This document shows, piece after piece, positions 18,567 to 27,052 of a DNA stretch of 50,308 nucleotides. Numbering within the stretch: position 1 is the first letter of the stretch; every line of letters begins with the position of its first letter. The stretch covers positions 1 to 50,308 of the forward strand of contig CAXBRK010000001.1 in NCBI GenBank assembly GCA_963978155.1, in the 5' to 3' direction. The DNA comes from an uncultured Phycisphaera sp. (lineage in GTDB: Bacteria > Planctomycetota > Phycisphaerae > Phycisphaerales > SM1A02). Under the pieces are notes generated by a model. The model did no database searches and was not told where the DNA came from. It saw only the letters and a list, made by a program, of their open reading frames with translations. A program made the position numbers and the translations under genes.

Positions 18567-19912
18567 CCATCACCTTCCAATGCACCGGCGATTTTCTGCA
18601 ACACGGCCAGGGTGGCGGGGTAATCCGATTGTTCGGTTGGCTCCTGGGTCAAAAACTGCTGCAAGACCGATTCGAGTTGGACCGCCCGATCACGCAAGGG
18701 ATGACTGCCGGGTTGGTACGCCCCCACCGCACGGAGCTCGGCCACCTCGTCCAGTTCGGCAAAGCCCGCTCGCATCGTTCGGGCACTCTGTCGGTGAATG
18801 GGATCACAAATCCGCTCCATCAACCGGGAACGGGACCCAACTGGATCGATGGCCGGGAACTGACCCGCATCCGCGCGGCGCCGATCCAACCGAATGTGAC
18901 CGTCCAACAAACCACGGACCGCATCTCCGATGGGCTCGGTTTCATCATCCCCTTCAACCAACACGGTAAACAGACCAGTGATGCCCACTGAACCCTGCGG
19001 TCCATTGATTCGTCCCGCCCGTTCCACCAGTTCGGCCAAATGTTGGAAGACCGAAGGCGGGTAGCCACGGGTGGCTGGCGGTTCACCGGCCGCCAAGCCA
19101 AGTTGACGCACGGCATGGGCCACGCGCGTCAAGGAATCCATCACCAACAATGTTTCTTGTCCGCCAGCCCGGAATCCTTCGGCGATCGCGCATGCTGCCT
19201 TGGCCGCCCGCAATCGCCGCAGAGGTGTTTCCTCTCCAGTCGCCACCACCACCACCGACCTCGCGAGACCTTCGGGTCCCAGCACATCATCAACGAACTC
19301 TCGCACTTCCCGGCTTCGTTCCCCGACCAAAGCGATCACACTGACCTCAACTTCGGCATGACGAACAATTTGCCCCAGAAGGGTGCTCTTTCCAACGCCT
19401 GGTCCCGCAAAAATCCCCATGCGTTGGCCCGCCCCCACGGTGGCCATCGCATCGATGGCGCGGACACCGGTTGGCAAAGGTGCTTCGATCAATGGACGCT
19501 CCAACGCCAAAGGTGTTGGGTTGGCCAATGGGCGCTGGGGCAAAGACGTCAGAGGTGGACCTCCGTCAATCGGACAGCCCCGCGCATCGATCACGCGTCC
19601 CAGCAACTCGGGGCCAAAACCAATCCCTACGCCAAGTTGAGCTGCAACCACGCGATCACCGGGCTTCAAACCATCAGCGGGTTGATCCAAGGCCACGACC
19701 ACGTCCTCTTCAGAAGCGGCGACAACCTCACCCCCAACACCAGACGCAAAGCACACTGGATGCCCCACGCCCACCAACAAATCACGAACCTTCACGGCGT
19801 CGCTGCGAACTTCAGAGACCGTCCCCGACCGAAGAAATGGATCGACGGTGGCAATGCGGTCTCGGACCAGACCGGAGAATTCGGACAAGGTCTTGTGGGC
19901 CGTCACGGTCAC
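18563..19912 (-). CDS. fliI: Flagellar type III export ATPase FliI
   Basis: TGVRAID, GQRMGIFAGPGVGKSTLL, GERSREVREF, DSLTR, GEPPATRGYPPSVF. Confidence 0.97.
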   Translation of the reverse strand: MTVTAHKTLSEFSGLVRDRIATVDPFLRSGTVSEVRSDAVKVRDLLVGVGHPVCFASGVGGEVVAASEEDVVVALDQPADGLKPGDRVVAAQLGVGIGFGPELLGRVIDARGCPIDGGPPLTSLPQRPLANPTPLALERPLIEAPLPTGVRAIDAMATVGAGQRMGIFAGPGVGKSTLLGQIVRHAEVEVSVIALVGERSREVREFVDDVLGPEGLARSVVVVATGEETPLRRLRAAKAACAIAEGFRAGGQETLLVMDSLTRVAHAVRQLGLAAGEPPATRGYPPSVFQHLAELVERAGRINGPQGSVGITGLFTVLVEGDDETEPIGDAVRGLLDGHIRLDRRRADAGQFPAIDPVGSRSRLMERICDPIHRQSARTMRAGFAELDEVAELRAVGAYQPGSHPLRDRAVQLESVLQQFLTQEPTEQSDYPATLAVLQKIAGALEGDG

Positions 19913-20577
19913 GACAACAGCTCCTCCGCCAATCGATCGATCGCTTCAGAGATCCGTCCGTCGATCACCCCGGTGCCATGCTCCAGTCGAACATCTCCCG
20001 GTTGCAAAGCCTCGTCGGGCAACAACTCAACCCGTTCACGGGGACCAAGAGCCTGCAGCAAAGAGGGCAAATCCAATTGCATTCGCTGGTGGGCATCAGG
20101 CGAAACATAGAGACGAAGGCTTCTTGGAGCCGGGACTTGCTGCGCCAAAGCCAACGCATGGTCACGAACCAACTCGGGACGCGCGAGGGCCGCGGTGGGG
20201 AGGATCTTTCGCACCAGATCCTCCACCACTTCGGGCACCACACGGGCAAAGGCTGATTCGCATGATTCGGTTTGCGCGATCACATCAACAACAGCTTGCT
20301 GAAGTTGATCGATCAGAGCCTGCAATTCATCGGATCGAGCGGCTTCCGCCTGTCGTATTCCTTCTGCACGTCCCTCCTCTAAACCGGCGGCATAGCCTTC
20401 GTCAAACCCAGACGTCTTGGCCTCGTCACGAAGCGTTTGGGCCTCTTGCGCTGCCCGGTCTCGGACCACTTGGGCCTGCGCTTCAGCTTGCTGACGAACT
20501 CGGCGGGTGGAGTCGCCGAGTTCAGACAGGTCAATCAGCAGAGGTTCGGCTCGAGATGCCGCTTTCCGCAAACCCAT
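19909..20577 (-). CDS. fliH: Flagellar assembly protein FliH
   Basis: GxxxG repeats GFDEGYAAGLEEGRAEG; C-terminal D..LQPGD...G.IDG. Confidence 0.9.
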   Translation of the reverse strand: MGLRKAASRAEPLLIDLSELGDSTRRVRQQAEAQAQVVRDRAAQEAQTLRDEAKTSGFDEGYAAGLEEGRAEGIRQAEAARSDELQALIDQLQQAVVDVIAQTESCESAFARVVPEVVEDLVRKILPTAALARPELVRDHALALAQQVPAPRSLRLYVSPDAHQRMQLDLPSLLQALGPRERVELLPDEALQPGDVRLEHGTGVIDGRISEAIDRLAEELLS

Positions 20578-21581
20578 TAAAGGAACTCCTCGTCACCACC
20601 CAGCGAGATGGTGCCTTCTTGTTCGAGTTGACGGGCATGCTTGATGATTTCAGCCTGCTTCTCACGGACGTCCTTCACTTTGACCCGACCCGATCGGTAC
20701 TCGTCCAAGGCCTCTTCAAACGAAGTGGTGGCTTTGTCGCCAAGGTTGGCCAACACCATGTCCTGTTGTTCGGGAGATTCGTACGTCGCAAGCGCCAACT
20801 CGGGGGGCGTGAATCCCTTGGTGAATACTTCTTCGAATTCTTTGCCTTCGAGAGCGAACAGATCTTCGAACTTCAACAACAGCTCTTGAATCTGTCTACG
20901 CAGAGGCTCTTCGAACTGCTCCAAGATGGCCACCTGCTGTTCGGGCGTCAAACCACCGATCATGCTGGCCACGGTGTCGGCCCCTCCGATTTCCTCGGCC
21001 TGGCTTTTGGTCATGGTTTGCAAGCGACTGTTCAGAGCATCTTCAACCAAAGCAACGGTTTCCGGAACCATTCGATCCATGGTCGCGATGCGCTGGGCCA
21101 CCTCGGCGGCCAAATCGGTTTCCAAAGCCGCCATGACATCTTGCTGCTGGGTGGTTGGCAAGTGAGAAAGGATGACCGCCAACGTCTGGGGATGTTCGTC
21201 TCGGATGAACTCCAAGAGCTTTGCACCTCCCAGTTTGCTGGCCACCGAAGAGAATGGCTTGCGGCGCGGGGCCTTCCGTTCGATTGGGGCCATGATTCGA
21301 CCCGCCTCTTCGGAGTCAACGGCGCCTTCGACGAACGCTCGCGCTTGTGCGTGCCCACCGTGACGGACGTATCGGTTCTCCATGCGGGTCTCATAGAAGC
21401 CATCAATGGCCACTTTGACCTCTTCACGAGAGGCGGATTCGATGGCATTCAGCTCTTCGGCCAGCATTCGGACTTCTTCGGGAAAGTCACCCAGCCGATC
21501 TTGCATCACCTGCTTCGCTTCAGGCGACAAACTCAGCCAAACCAGAGCGGCTTGACGCTTGGAATCCATGGCATCTTTCAT
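20577..21581 (-). CDS. fliG: Flagellar motor switch protein FliG, divergent
   Basis: EHPQTLAVILSHL, GG linker, 334 aa, between fliF and fliH. Confidence 0.92.
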   Translation of the reverse strand: MKDAMDSKRQAALVWLSLSPEAKQVMQDRLGDFPEEVRMLAEELNAIESASREEVKVAIDGFYETRMENRYVRHGGHAQARAFVEGAVDSEEAGRIMAPIERKAPRRKPFSSVASKLGGAKLLEFIRDEHPQTLAVILSHLPTTQQQDVMAALETDLAAEVAQRIATMDRMVPETVALVEDALNSRLQTMTKSQAEEIGGADTVASMIGGLTPEQQVAILEQFEEPLRRQIQELLLKFEDLFALEGKEFEEVFTKGFTPPELALATYESPEQQDMVLANLGDKATTSFEEALDEYRSGRVKVKDVREKQAEIIKHARQLEQEGTISLGGDEEFL

Positions 21582-23122
21582 GCGGCCGGCTCCTTCCCAC
21601 GGACCAGTCCCAGGAAGCCCGCCACCGCTTCATCCGGATTTTCCTTGATCAGGGCTTCGATGTCTTTCAACCGGGCTTGTTCGGCTTCGTCGAGATCAAG
21701 TTCTTCCAAGAAGCTTGAATCGGCCGGAGCATCACCACCACCTGAAGTCGCGAGAACCCGCCAGAGCACCAACAACACCGCCACGCCCAACACCCCCGCC
21801 AGCAGATTGTCGGTCCAAGCGGCAAAGCCCGAGGCTTCACCGACCGTGAGCACGCCGTTCGATGGCAAGGGGCTGCCCGCAAGACGGCCCAGGTCATCCA
21901 AGACGACTTCGACCGTGCCTTCTTCTGGAGGAATGATGCCTTCCAAGCCTTTTTGAATTTTGGCAATGTCGGCTTCGATGCTTTGGTCATACGCCGCAAC
22001 TTCACCATCGCTTGAATCCGCCGCTGGTGCGGCAGCCGCAAACACCGCCCGAGGGATGCGAACAAAGCACGAGATGCGTTCGATCTTGGTGCCAGAGTCC
22101 AATTCACTGAATGTGGACTCCCCGGGCAATGCGTTCAACATTCGCCGAGACTGCTCACGTTCCGAACGGGCCATGCGGGTTGGCGGCGACACGGACGTAC
22201 CGGTGTTGGCCCGAATGCCTGGCGTACCGCCCGCAGGCTCGACCGGCTCGGCCGAAGACTCGGTGGATTCCATTTCAACGGTCTTCCCATCCTCCAAACT
22301 TCTCCGTTCGGTCCGGCGCCGATCGGCATTGGTCGTCACCCGAACCAGAACCTTGATCCCAGGAATATCACTGAGGAAATCTCGAATGTCGGCCTCGTAT
22401 CGATCTTCAAGCGACTGGGCCAACCGCTGGGCCGCGGAACCACTGCGGCTCGGGGTTTCCACTGGGACCAGCATGCCACTGGCGGCATCGGTCACGCGGA
22501 CGGTCTCAAGCACCAGACCCGGAACCGCACCAGCAACCAGACCAGCCGCGCTGGTGGCCAACTCGACGGAAACTTCACCAGAACGGGAACGCAACTGAAC
22601 GGAAGCGGTTGGTACCACCGCACTGCGTCCCAGCCCACGGCGGTTGGGCTGGGCAATCACCACTTCAGCGGCCGACACATCGTCAAAGTTGGACAAGATG
22701 TTGGAGAGCCGGTTTTGAGTGGCCACCAGCAAGCGGGTGCGATAGCTCTCATCCGATTCGAACGGGCTGCGCTCACCGATGGCACTCTCCATGTCCAATC
22801 GCTGAGGATCAAGAACCCCCGACTCCGCAAGACGTGCTTCGACCAGGGCCCGGTCTTGATTGGCAACGTAAATCTCGTTGTCACCCCGGACCTCGTGGGT
22901 GATCTGAGCCTGTTGAATTTTGGTCAGGGCGACTTGGAATGCTTTGGGGTCACGGTTCTTCAGCCCAACGGGCACCAAGGGGTCACCTTGCAAAGCCGTG
23001 ACGGCAAACCAGACCACGCCGACCAGAACCACCGCGCCCATGGCTGCAAGCATTCTTGCTTGAGGATCAAGGGCACCAAGTTTGGTGCGGAGAGATTGAA
23101 CAGAATCAGCGATTGTCGCCAT
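21578..23122 (-). CDS. fliF: Flagellar MS-ring protein FliF, divergent
   Basis: Two TM helices, PTASVQL, LVAGAVPGL..V.VTD, C-terminal IKENPDEAV; between fliE and fliG. Confidence 0.87.
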   Translation of the reverse strand: MATIADSVQSLRTKLGALDPQARMLAAMGAVVLVGVVWFAVTALQGDPLVPVGLKNRDPKAFQVALTKIQQAQITHEVRGDNEIYVANQDRALVEARLAESGVLDPQRLDMESAIGERSPFESDESYRTRLLVATQNRLSNILSNFDDVSAAEVVIAQPNRRGLGRSAVVPTASVQLRSRSGEVSVELATSAAGLVAGAVPGLVLETVRVTDAASGMLVPVETPSRSGSAAQRLAQSLEDRYEADIRDFLSDIPGIKVLVRVTTNADRRRTERRSLEDGKTVEMESTESSAEPVEPAGGTPGIRANTGTSVSPPTRMARSEREQSRRMLNALPGESTFSELDSGTKIERISCFVRIPRAVFAAAAPAADSSDGEVAAYDQSIEADIAKIQKGLEGIIPPEEGTVEVVLDDLGRLAGSPLPSNGVLTVGEASGFAAWTDNLLAGVLGVAVLLVLWRVLATSGGGDAPADSSFLEELDLDEAEQARLKDIEALIKENPDEAVAGFLGLVRGKEPAA

Positions 23123-23206
23123 GCGGGCCTCCGTGCCGACCGGTGAGACACCATGAGTGCCGCACCACCGGGCCTCCTGCCCGATGTGGTCACAGATTCA
23201 TCGGCA

Positions 23207-23521
23207 TTACGGCCTGACTTGCTTGATTTCTTCTATGGCTTCGAGCAATTGATTCCGAACTTGGACCACCATCCGGACCGCGGCATCGGCTTCTCGGGTC
23301 TGTTCCACCACGGTTTCAAGATCACTTCGCTTGCCGGCCGCAAAATCTTCTTGGGCCTGCTCAGCTCGCACCGAGAGGGCGTTGACCGCTTCGAGCTGAT
23401 CGCGGAGAACATTTCCAAATTCTTTCCCATTGGAATCAACAGACTTAGGTGCCCCAGTGGGATTGGGGAGTCCGGCGGGTCGAATCAAACCAATGGGATC
23501 AGGAGGTACTGGGCTGGTCAT
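23207..23521 (-). CDS. fliE: Flagellar hook-basal body protein FliE
   Basis: F..VL...L.AVN, QVRNQLLEAIEEI. Confidence 0.92.
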   Translation of the reverse strand: MTSPVPPDPIGLIRPAGLPNPTGAPKSVDSNGKEFGNVLRDQLEAVNALSVRAEQAQEDFAAGKRSDLETVVEQTREADAAVRMVVQVRNQLLEAIEEIKQVRP

Positions 23522-23535
23522 TCTGATGCTCCTGT

Positions 23536-23925
23536 TCAGGCAATAAGCTCGATGGCCGTTTGAATCATGGACTTGCCAATCTCGGCGGCCTGCGCGTTGG
23601 CTTGATACGAGCGAAGGGCCACCATGGCCTCGAGATTTTCCACAACCGGATCGACGTTGGGCACCTCAACATACCCATCGGCGTTGGCAAAGGCGTGGGT
23701 TGGGTCAAATTTCATCCGCAGCGGCGCATCGCTGATGCGAACCTCGGCGGCGCGAACCCCCCCTTGTTCATTGGGCTCGAAGACAATTTCACGCCGTTCG
23801 TAGGGGGCGTAGTTGCCCTCAGCATCAAGCAGGGTGAACTGGTGGGCCAGATTTTGCGACGCCACTTCCAGACGGCGCCGCTGGGCAATCATGCCACTGG
23901 TCGAAATGCTCAGAGAGAGATCCAT
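23536..23925 (-). CDS. flgC: Flagellar rod protein FlgC
   Basis: SGMIAQRRRL, PYERR, FDPTHAFANADGYV..PNVD, RSYQAN. Confidence 0.93.
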   Translation of the reverse strand: MDLSLSISTSGMIAQRRRLEVASQNLAHQFTLLDAEGNYAPYERREIVFEPNEQGGVRAAEVRISDAPLRMKFDPTHAFANADGYVEVPNVDPVVENLEAMVALRSYQANAQAAEIGKSMIQTAIELIA

Positions 23926-23962
23926 GGTTCATCCTGTCCTATGCGTTCGCCCAGTGGGCAGA

Positions 23963-24373
23963 TCAAAGTCGTCCTCGGGTGACGGTGCCAAGCATGTCCC
24001 AGCGGCCACGAATCATGCCGGCCAAAGCGCGGAACCGAAGGAGGTTTGAGGTCATTCGTTGGGCCAATACTTCGTGGGACCGGTCAGAACCATCGTGTGA
24101 CAGCAATTCGCCCCCAATCGCAACCTGGGAGGGTGCGGTCGCCGAAAGCAGTTTGGGGTCCAAGCGGGCAGCATCCACATCACGCTTGGCCTCGATGGCC
24201 TCGGACAATGATGCTTCAAACGAGGCCACATCGAGATCTTGGGGACGAAAGTTTGGGGTGTCCAAATTGGCCACTGAGTCCGCCAGGACTTCGTGTCGCT
24301 GGGCGCTGAACCGAAATGCGGCATGGAGGGCGCCGAGACTGCCGGGTGCCGAATTGTGAACTGGTGTGGTCAT
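23963..24373 (-). CDS. flgB: Flagellar rod protein FlgB
   Basis: RHEVLADSVANLDTPNFRPQD; first gene of the operon. Confidence 0.9.
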   Translation of the reverse strand: MTTPVHNSAPGSLGALHAAFRFSAQRHEVLADSVANLDTPNFRPQDLDVASFEASLSEAIEAKRDVDAARLDPKLLSATAPSQVAIGGELLSHDGSDRSHEVLAQRMTSNLLRFRALAGMIRGRWDMLGTVTRGRL

Positions 24374-24391
24374 GGCCTCATGTTCCTGTCC

Positions 24392-24407
24392 TGCAAATCG
24401 CGTTCCG
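24392..24407 (-). promoter_or_regulatory. Sigma54 promoter for the flgB operon
   Basis: CGGAACGCGATTTGCA (GG-N10-GC) occupying the 35-nt gap between the regulator and flgB. Confidence 0.7.
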
Positions 24408-24408
24408 A

Positions 24409-25830
24409 CTATCGATCTTGGGCAATGAGCCCCTCATCCTTCCACTTGCGCAATTTCAGCCCCAAGGTCCGAACTCCAATGCGCAAAGCCCGCGCGGTGT
24501 TCTGGCGATGGCCGCCACAAGCCTCCAGCGTGGCCAGGATGGTTTCGCGCTCAAGAACCTCAAGCGTCTTGCCCTGACCGTCACACACCCAAGTGGGCAA
24601 CGACGAAGATTCGGGGCTCGCAGCGGCCGGAATTTCAATCTCAACCGCCACTTCTTCTCCGCCGCTGCTTCCACCGAGCCATGGAGCAACCACACGCCCG
24701 GGAACTTCTGAACTGCGGCACAACACCGCCGCCCGCTCACAAATGTTCCGCAACTCACGGACATTGCCCGGCCAGTTGTAGGACACCAGCGCTTGCTGGG
24801 CATCGGCGGCCAACGACGGCACCGGGCGGCCATCCCGACGGGCGGCCGCCGCCAAGAAGCGGTCGGCAAGAACGATGATGTCTTCCCGGCGATCACGCAA
24901 AGGCGGCAAATGCACGGGCAACACATTCAAGCGGTACAACAAGTCCTCGCGGAACCGGCCCGCCCGGACTTCGGCCGCCAAGTCACGATTGGTGGCTGCG
25001 ATCACCCGAACATCGGTTCGAATCGAACGGCTTGCGCCGACCCGTTCAAACGTTCGCTCTTGAAGAACCCGGAGCAATTTGGACTGCAATGCCAAATCAA
25101 GTTCCCCGATTTCATCGAGCAACAGGGTGCCGCCATCAGCCAGCTCAAAACGCCCAAGGCGGCGTTCCGCCGCGCCCGTGAAGGCCCCCTTCTCGTGGCC
25201 GAAGAGTTCGCTTTCCAGCAAAGGACCCGGCAAAGCCGCGCAGTTGACGGCCAAGAAACCACCATCTTTTCGTGGAGAATGCTCGTGGATCCATTTGGCG
25301 GCCACCTCTTTGCCCACGCCTGACTCGCCGGTAAGGAGCACATCAGCATTGGCTTCGGCAATGACTTCAAGCTGGGCCACCACATTCTGCATGGCGGGAG
25401 CACTGGCCACCATGTCGACTTCTTCGGATTGCCCCGCAGCCCGCAGGGTCTGGTTTTCTTTCCGCATGGCCCCATGCTCGAGTGCTCGCGACACCGCCAG
25501 TTGCAATTCATCACCGTGGAACGGCTTGGTCACAAAGTCCCAAGCACCAGCCCGCATGGCCTCGACCGCTTTCTCAATGGATCCGTACGCCGTCATCAAG
25601 ATGACCGGCATGTGTTCATCTCGCTCTCGGATGGCGTGCAACAATTCCAGCCCATCCATTCCGGGCATGGACAAATCGGTAATCACCAAGTCGATTTTTC
25701 GCTTGTCCAGTTGCTCCAGAGCGGAAGCCCCATCTGAAGCCGGGCACACACCGTGACCCGATCGAGCCAACGTGAGACCGACACCATCACGGACGACTTC
25801 CTTGTCATCCACTACAAGAATCCGAGCCAT
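24409..25830 (-). CDS. Sigma54-dependent response regulator, NtrC family (FlgR/FlrC/FleR-like)
   Basis: Receiver domain VVDD..TDLSMPGMDG..KP, GESGVGKE, ESELFGHEKGAFTGA, WPGNVREL, Fis-type HTH. Confidence 0.96.
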   Translation of the reverse strand: MARILVVDDKEVVRDGVGLTLARSGHGVCPASDGASALEQLDKRKIDLVITDLSMPGMDGLELLHAIRERDEHMPVILMTAYGSIEKAVEAMRAGAWDFVTKPFHGDELQLAVSRALEHGAMRKENQTLRAAGQSEEVDMVASAPAMQNVVAQLEVIAEANADVLLTGESGVGKEVAAKWIHEHSPRKDGGFLAVNCAALPGPLLESELFGHEKGAFTGAAERRLGRFELADGGTLLLDEIGELDLALQSKLLRVLQERTFERVGASRSIRTDVRVIAATNRDLAAEVRAGRFREDLLYRLNVLPVHLPPLRDRREDIIVLADRFLAAAARRDGRPVPSLAADAQQALVSYNWPGNVRELRNICERAAVLCRSSEVPGRVVAPWLGGSSGGEEVAVEIEIPAAASPESSSLPTWVCDGQGKTLEVLERETILATLEACGGHRQNTARALRIGVRTLGLKLRKWKDEGLIAQDR

Positions 25831-26717
25831 CAGGATTCCTCTCCGCCGGAAACCGGCAGTCGAATTTCAAAAATTGCCCCACCCGAATGTTCTTCTTCGC
25901 CATCGGACAGCAAACGCACATCGCCCTGGTGAGCGAGAATGAACTTGTGCACAATGGCCAACCCAAGACCCGTGCCCGAAGGTCGCGTGGTGTAGAACGG
26001 ATTGAAGATCCGATCCGCACGATCCTCGGGAATCCCTGGGCCATTGTCCTGAACCCGGAATCGAACGGCCGGTCGAGCCAACAAGCGACCGTCCCGGTGA
26101 AGGATCGGCAACTCATCGGAACCGGCTTCGATCCGAACCAAGCCTGACTTGGTTCCGGCCTCATGCATTGCCTCCGCGGCATTCCGGATCAAATTGCACA
26201 GGGCCGACACCACCAATTCGGACTCCACATGGGCCTCAAGTTCTGCGGGCACTTCACCAAAGTGAATGTTGATGTCAAATTTCTGGGCCAATGGTTCGCA
26301 CCGAGCGCGAACCAAGTGCATCAAATCAGCAACCAGACAGGGCTGAGGGTTGATCTTTTCCTCGCGGGCGAAAGCAAGAACATCACGAACGATGGACTCC
26401 ATCGCATCCACCGCCGCCAATTGCTTGTCGACCAGAGTTTGCGACTCCGGCATGGCTTGCAGATCCTCATGCAGGGCTTGGGCATACAAGCGGAGGCCAG
26501 CAAGAGGGTTTCGAATTTCATGGGCAATACCCGCGGCCATCTCGCCCAACCTGGCCAAGGCCCCGTGCCGATCAAGACGAGCTTGGGCTGCTTGCAAGTC
26601 TGCCTGCAGGGAGTGCACTTCAGACTGCAACTTGGCGTTGCTTTCCACCAAACCATCGACACGCTCCAAGAGTGCGGTCGCCAATGACTCCAAATCGGTT
26701 CGCTGCACCGCCGTCAT
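25830..26717 (-). CDS. Cytoplasmic histidine kinase (FlgS/FlrB-like)
   Basis: H-box AHEIRNPL, NLIRNA, DNGPGI, FNPFYTT, GTGLGL; only a ~50-aa coiled coil precedes the H-box. Confidence 0.94.
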   Translation of the reverse strand: MTAVQRTDLESLATALLERVDGLVESNAKLQSEVHSLQADLQAAQARLDRHGALARLGEMAAGIAHEIRNPLAGLRLYAQALHEDLQAMPESQTLVDKQLAAVDAMESIVRDVLAFAREEKINPQPCLVADLMHLVRARCEPLAQKFDINIHFGEVPAELEAHVESELVVSALCNLIRNAAEAMHEAGTKSGLVRIEAGSDELPILHRDGRLLARPAVRFRVQDNGPGIPEDRADRIFNPFYTTRPSGTGLGLAIVHKFILAHQGDVRLLSDGEEEHSGGAIFEIRLPVSGGEES

Positions 26718-27052
26718 CGGGATTCTCCGGCTTGGTACGCCTGACGCGCACGAGTCCGCTGCGCGAGAGCATCCAGACCCTCGCGGCTTCGAAGCTGCCC
26801 CGTCTTCAAGATGGCCTCCAAACGGCGGTCTTTTTCTTGGATCTGCTCAAGGAAGGGCTCGAGCGACTCCGGACGCAGAGGCTGAGCTTGGGCCAATTCC
26901 TCCAAAGCGTTTTGGCAAACATCGCGCTGACCAAGCAAACCCTCGAGGTCATCAAACCGTGACTCTTCCACGGCCACGATCAAAGCATCAACAATGGCAG
27001 ACATCTGCTGCAACAAATCGTGCGCTTGCTGGGTGAAGTCCGGACTGCTCAC
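26714..27052 (-). CDS. Small helical protein, FliT/FlgN-like chaperone candidate
   Basis: 112 aa, all helical, L..LL.QRD pattern, AY near the C-terminus; 4-nt overlaps on both sides. Confidence 0.55.
   Translation of the reverse strand: MSSPDFTQQAHDLLQQMSAIVDALIVAVEESRFDDLEGLLGQRDVCQNALEELAQAQPLRPESLEPFLEQIQEKDRRLEAILKTGQLRSREGLDALAQRTRARQAYQAGESR

Noticed and set aside
19848-21956. 702-aa plus-strand ORF
   Set aside because: Entirely antisense to fliH, fliG and fliF; shadow frame with no domain signal
18563-23122. Non-flagellar type III injectisome
   Set aside because: Rod, hook, hook-cap and FliE genes show this is a flagellar locus
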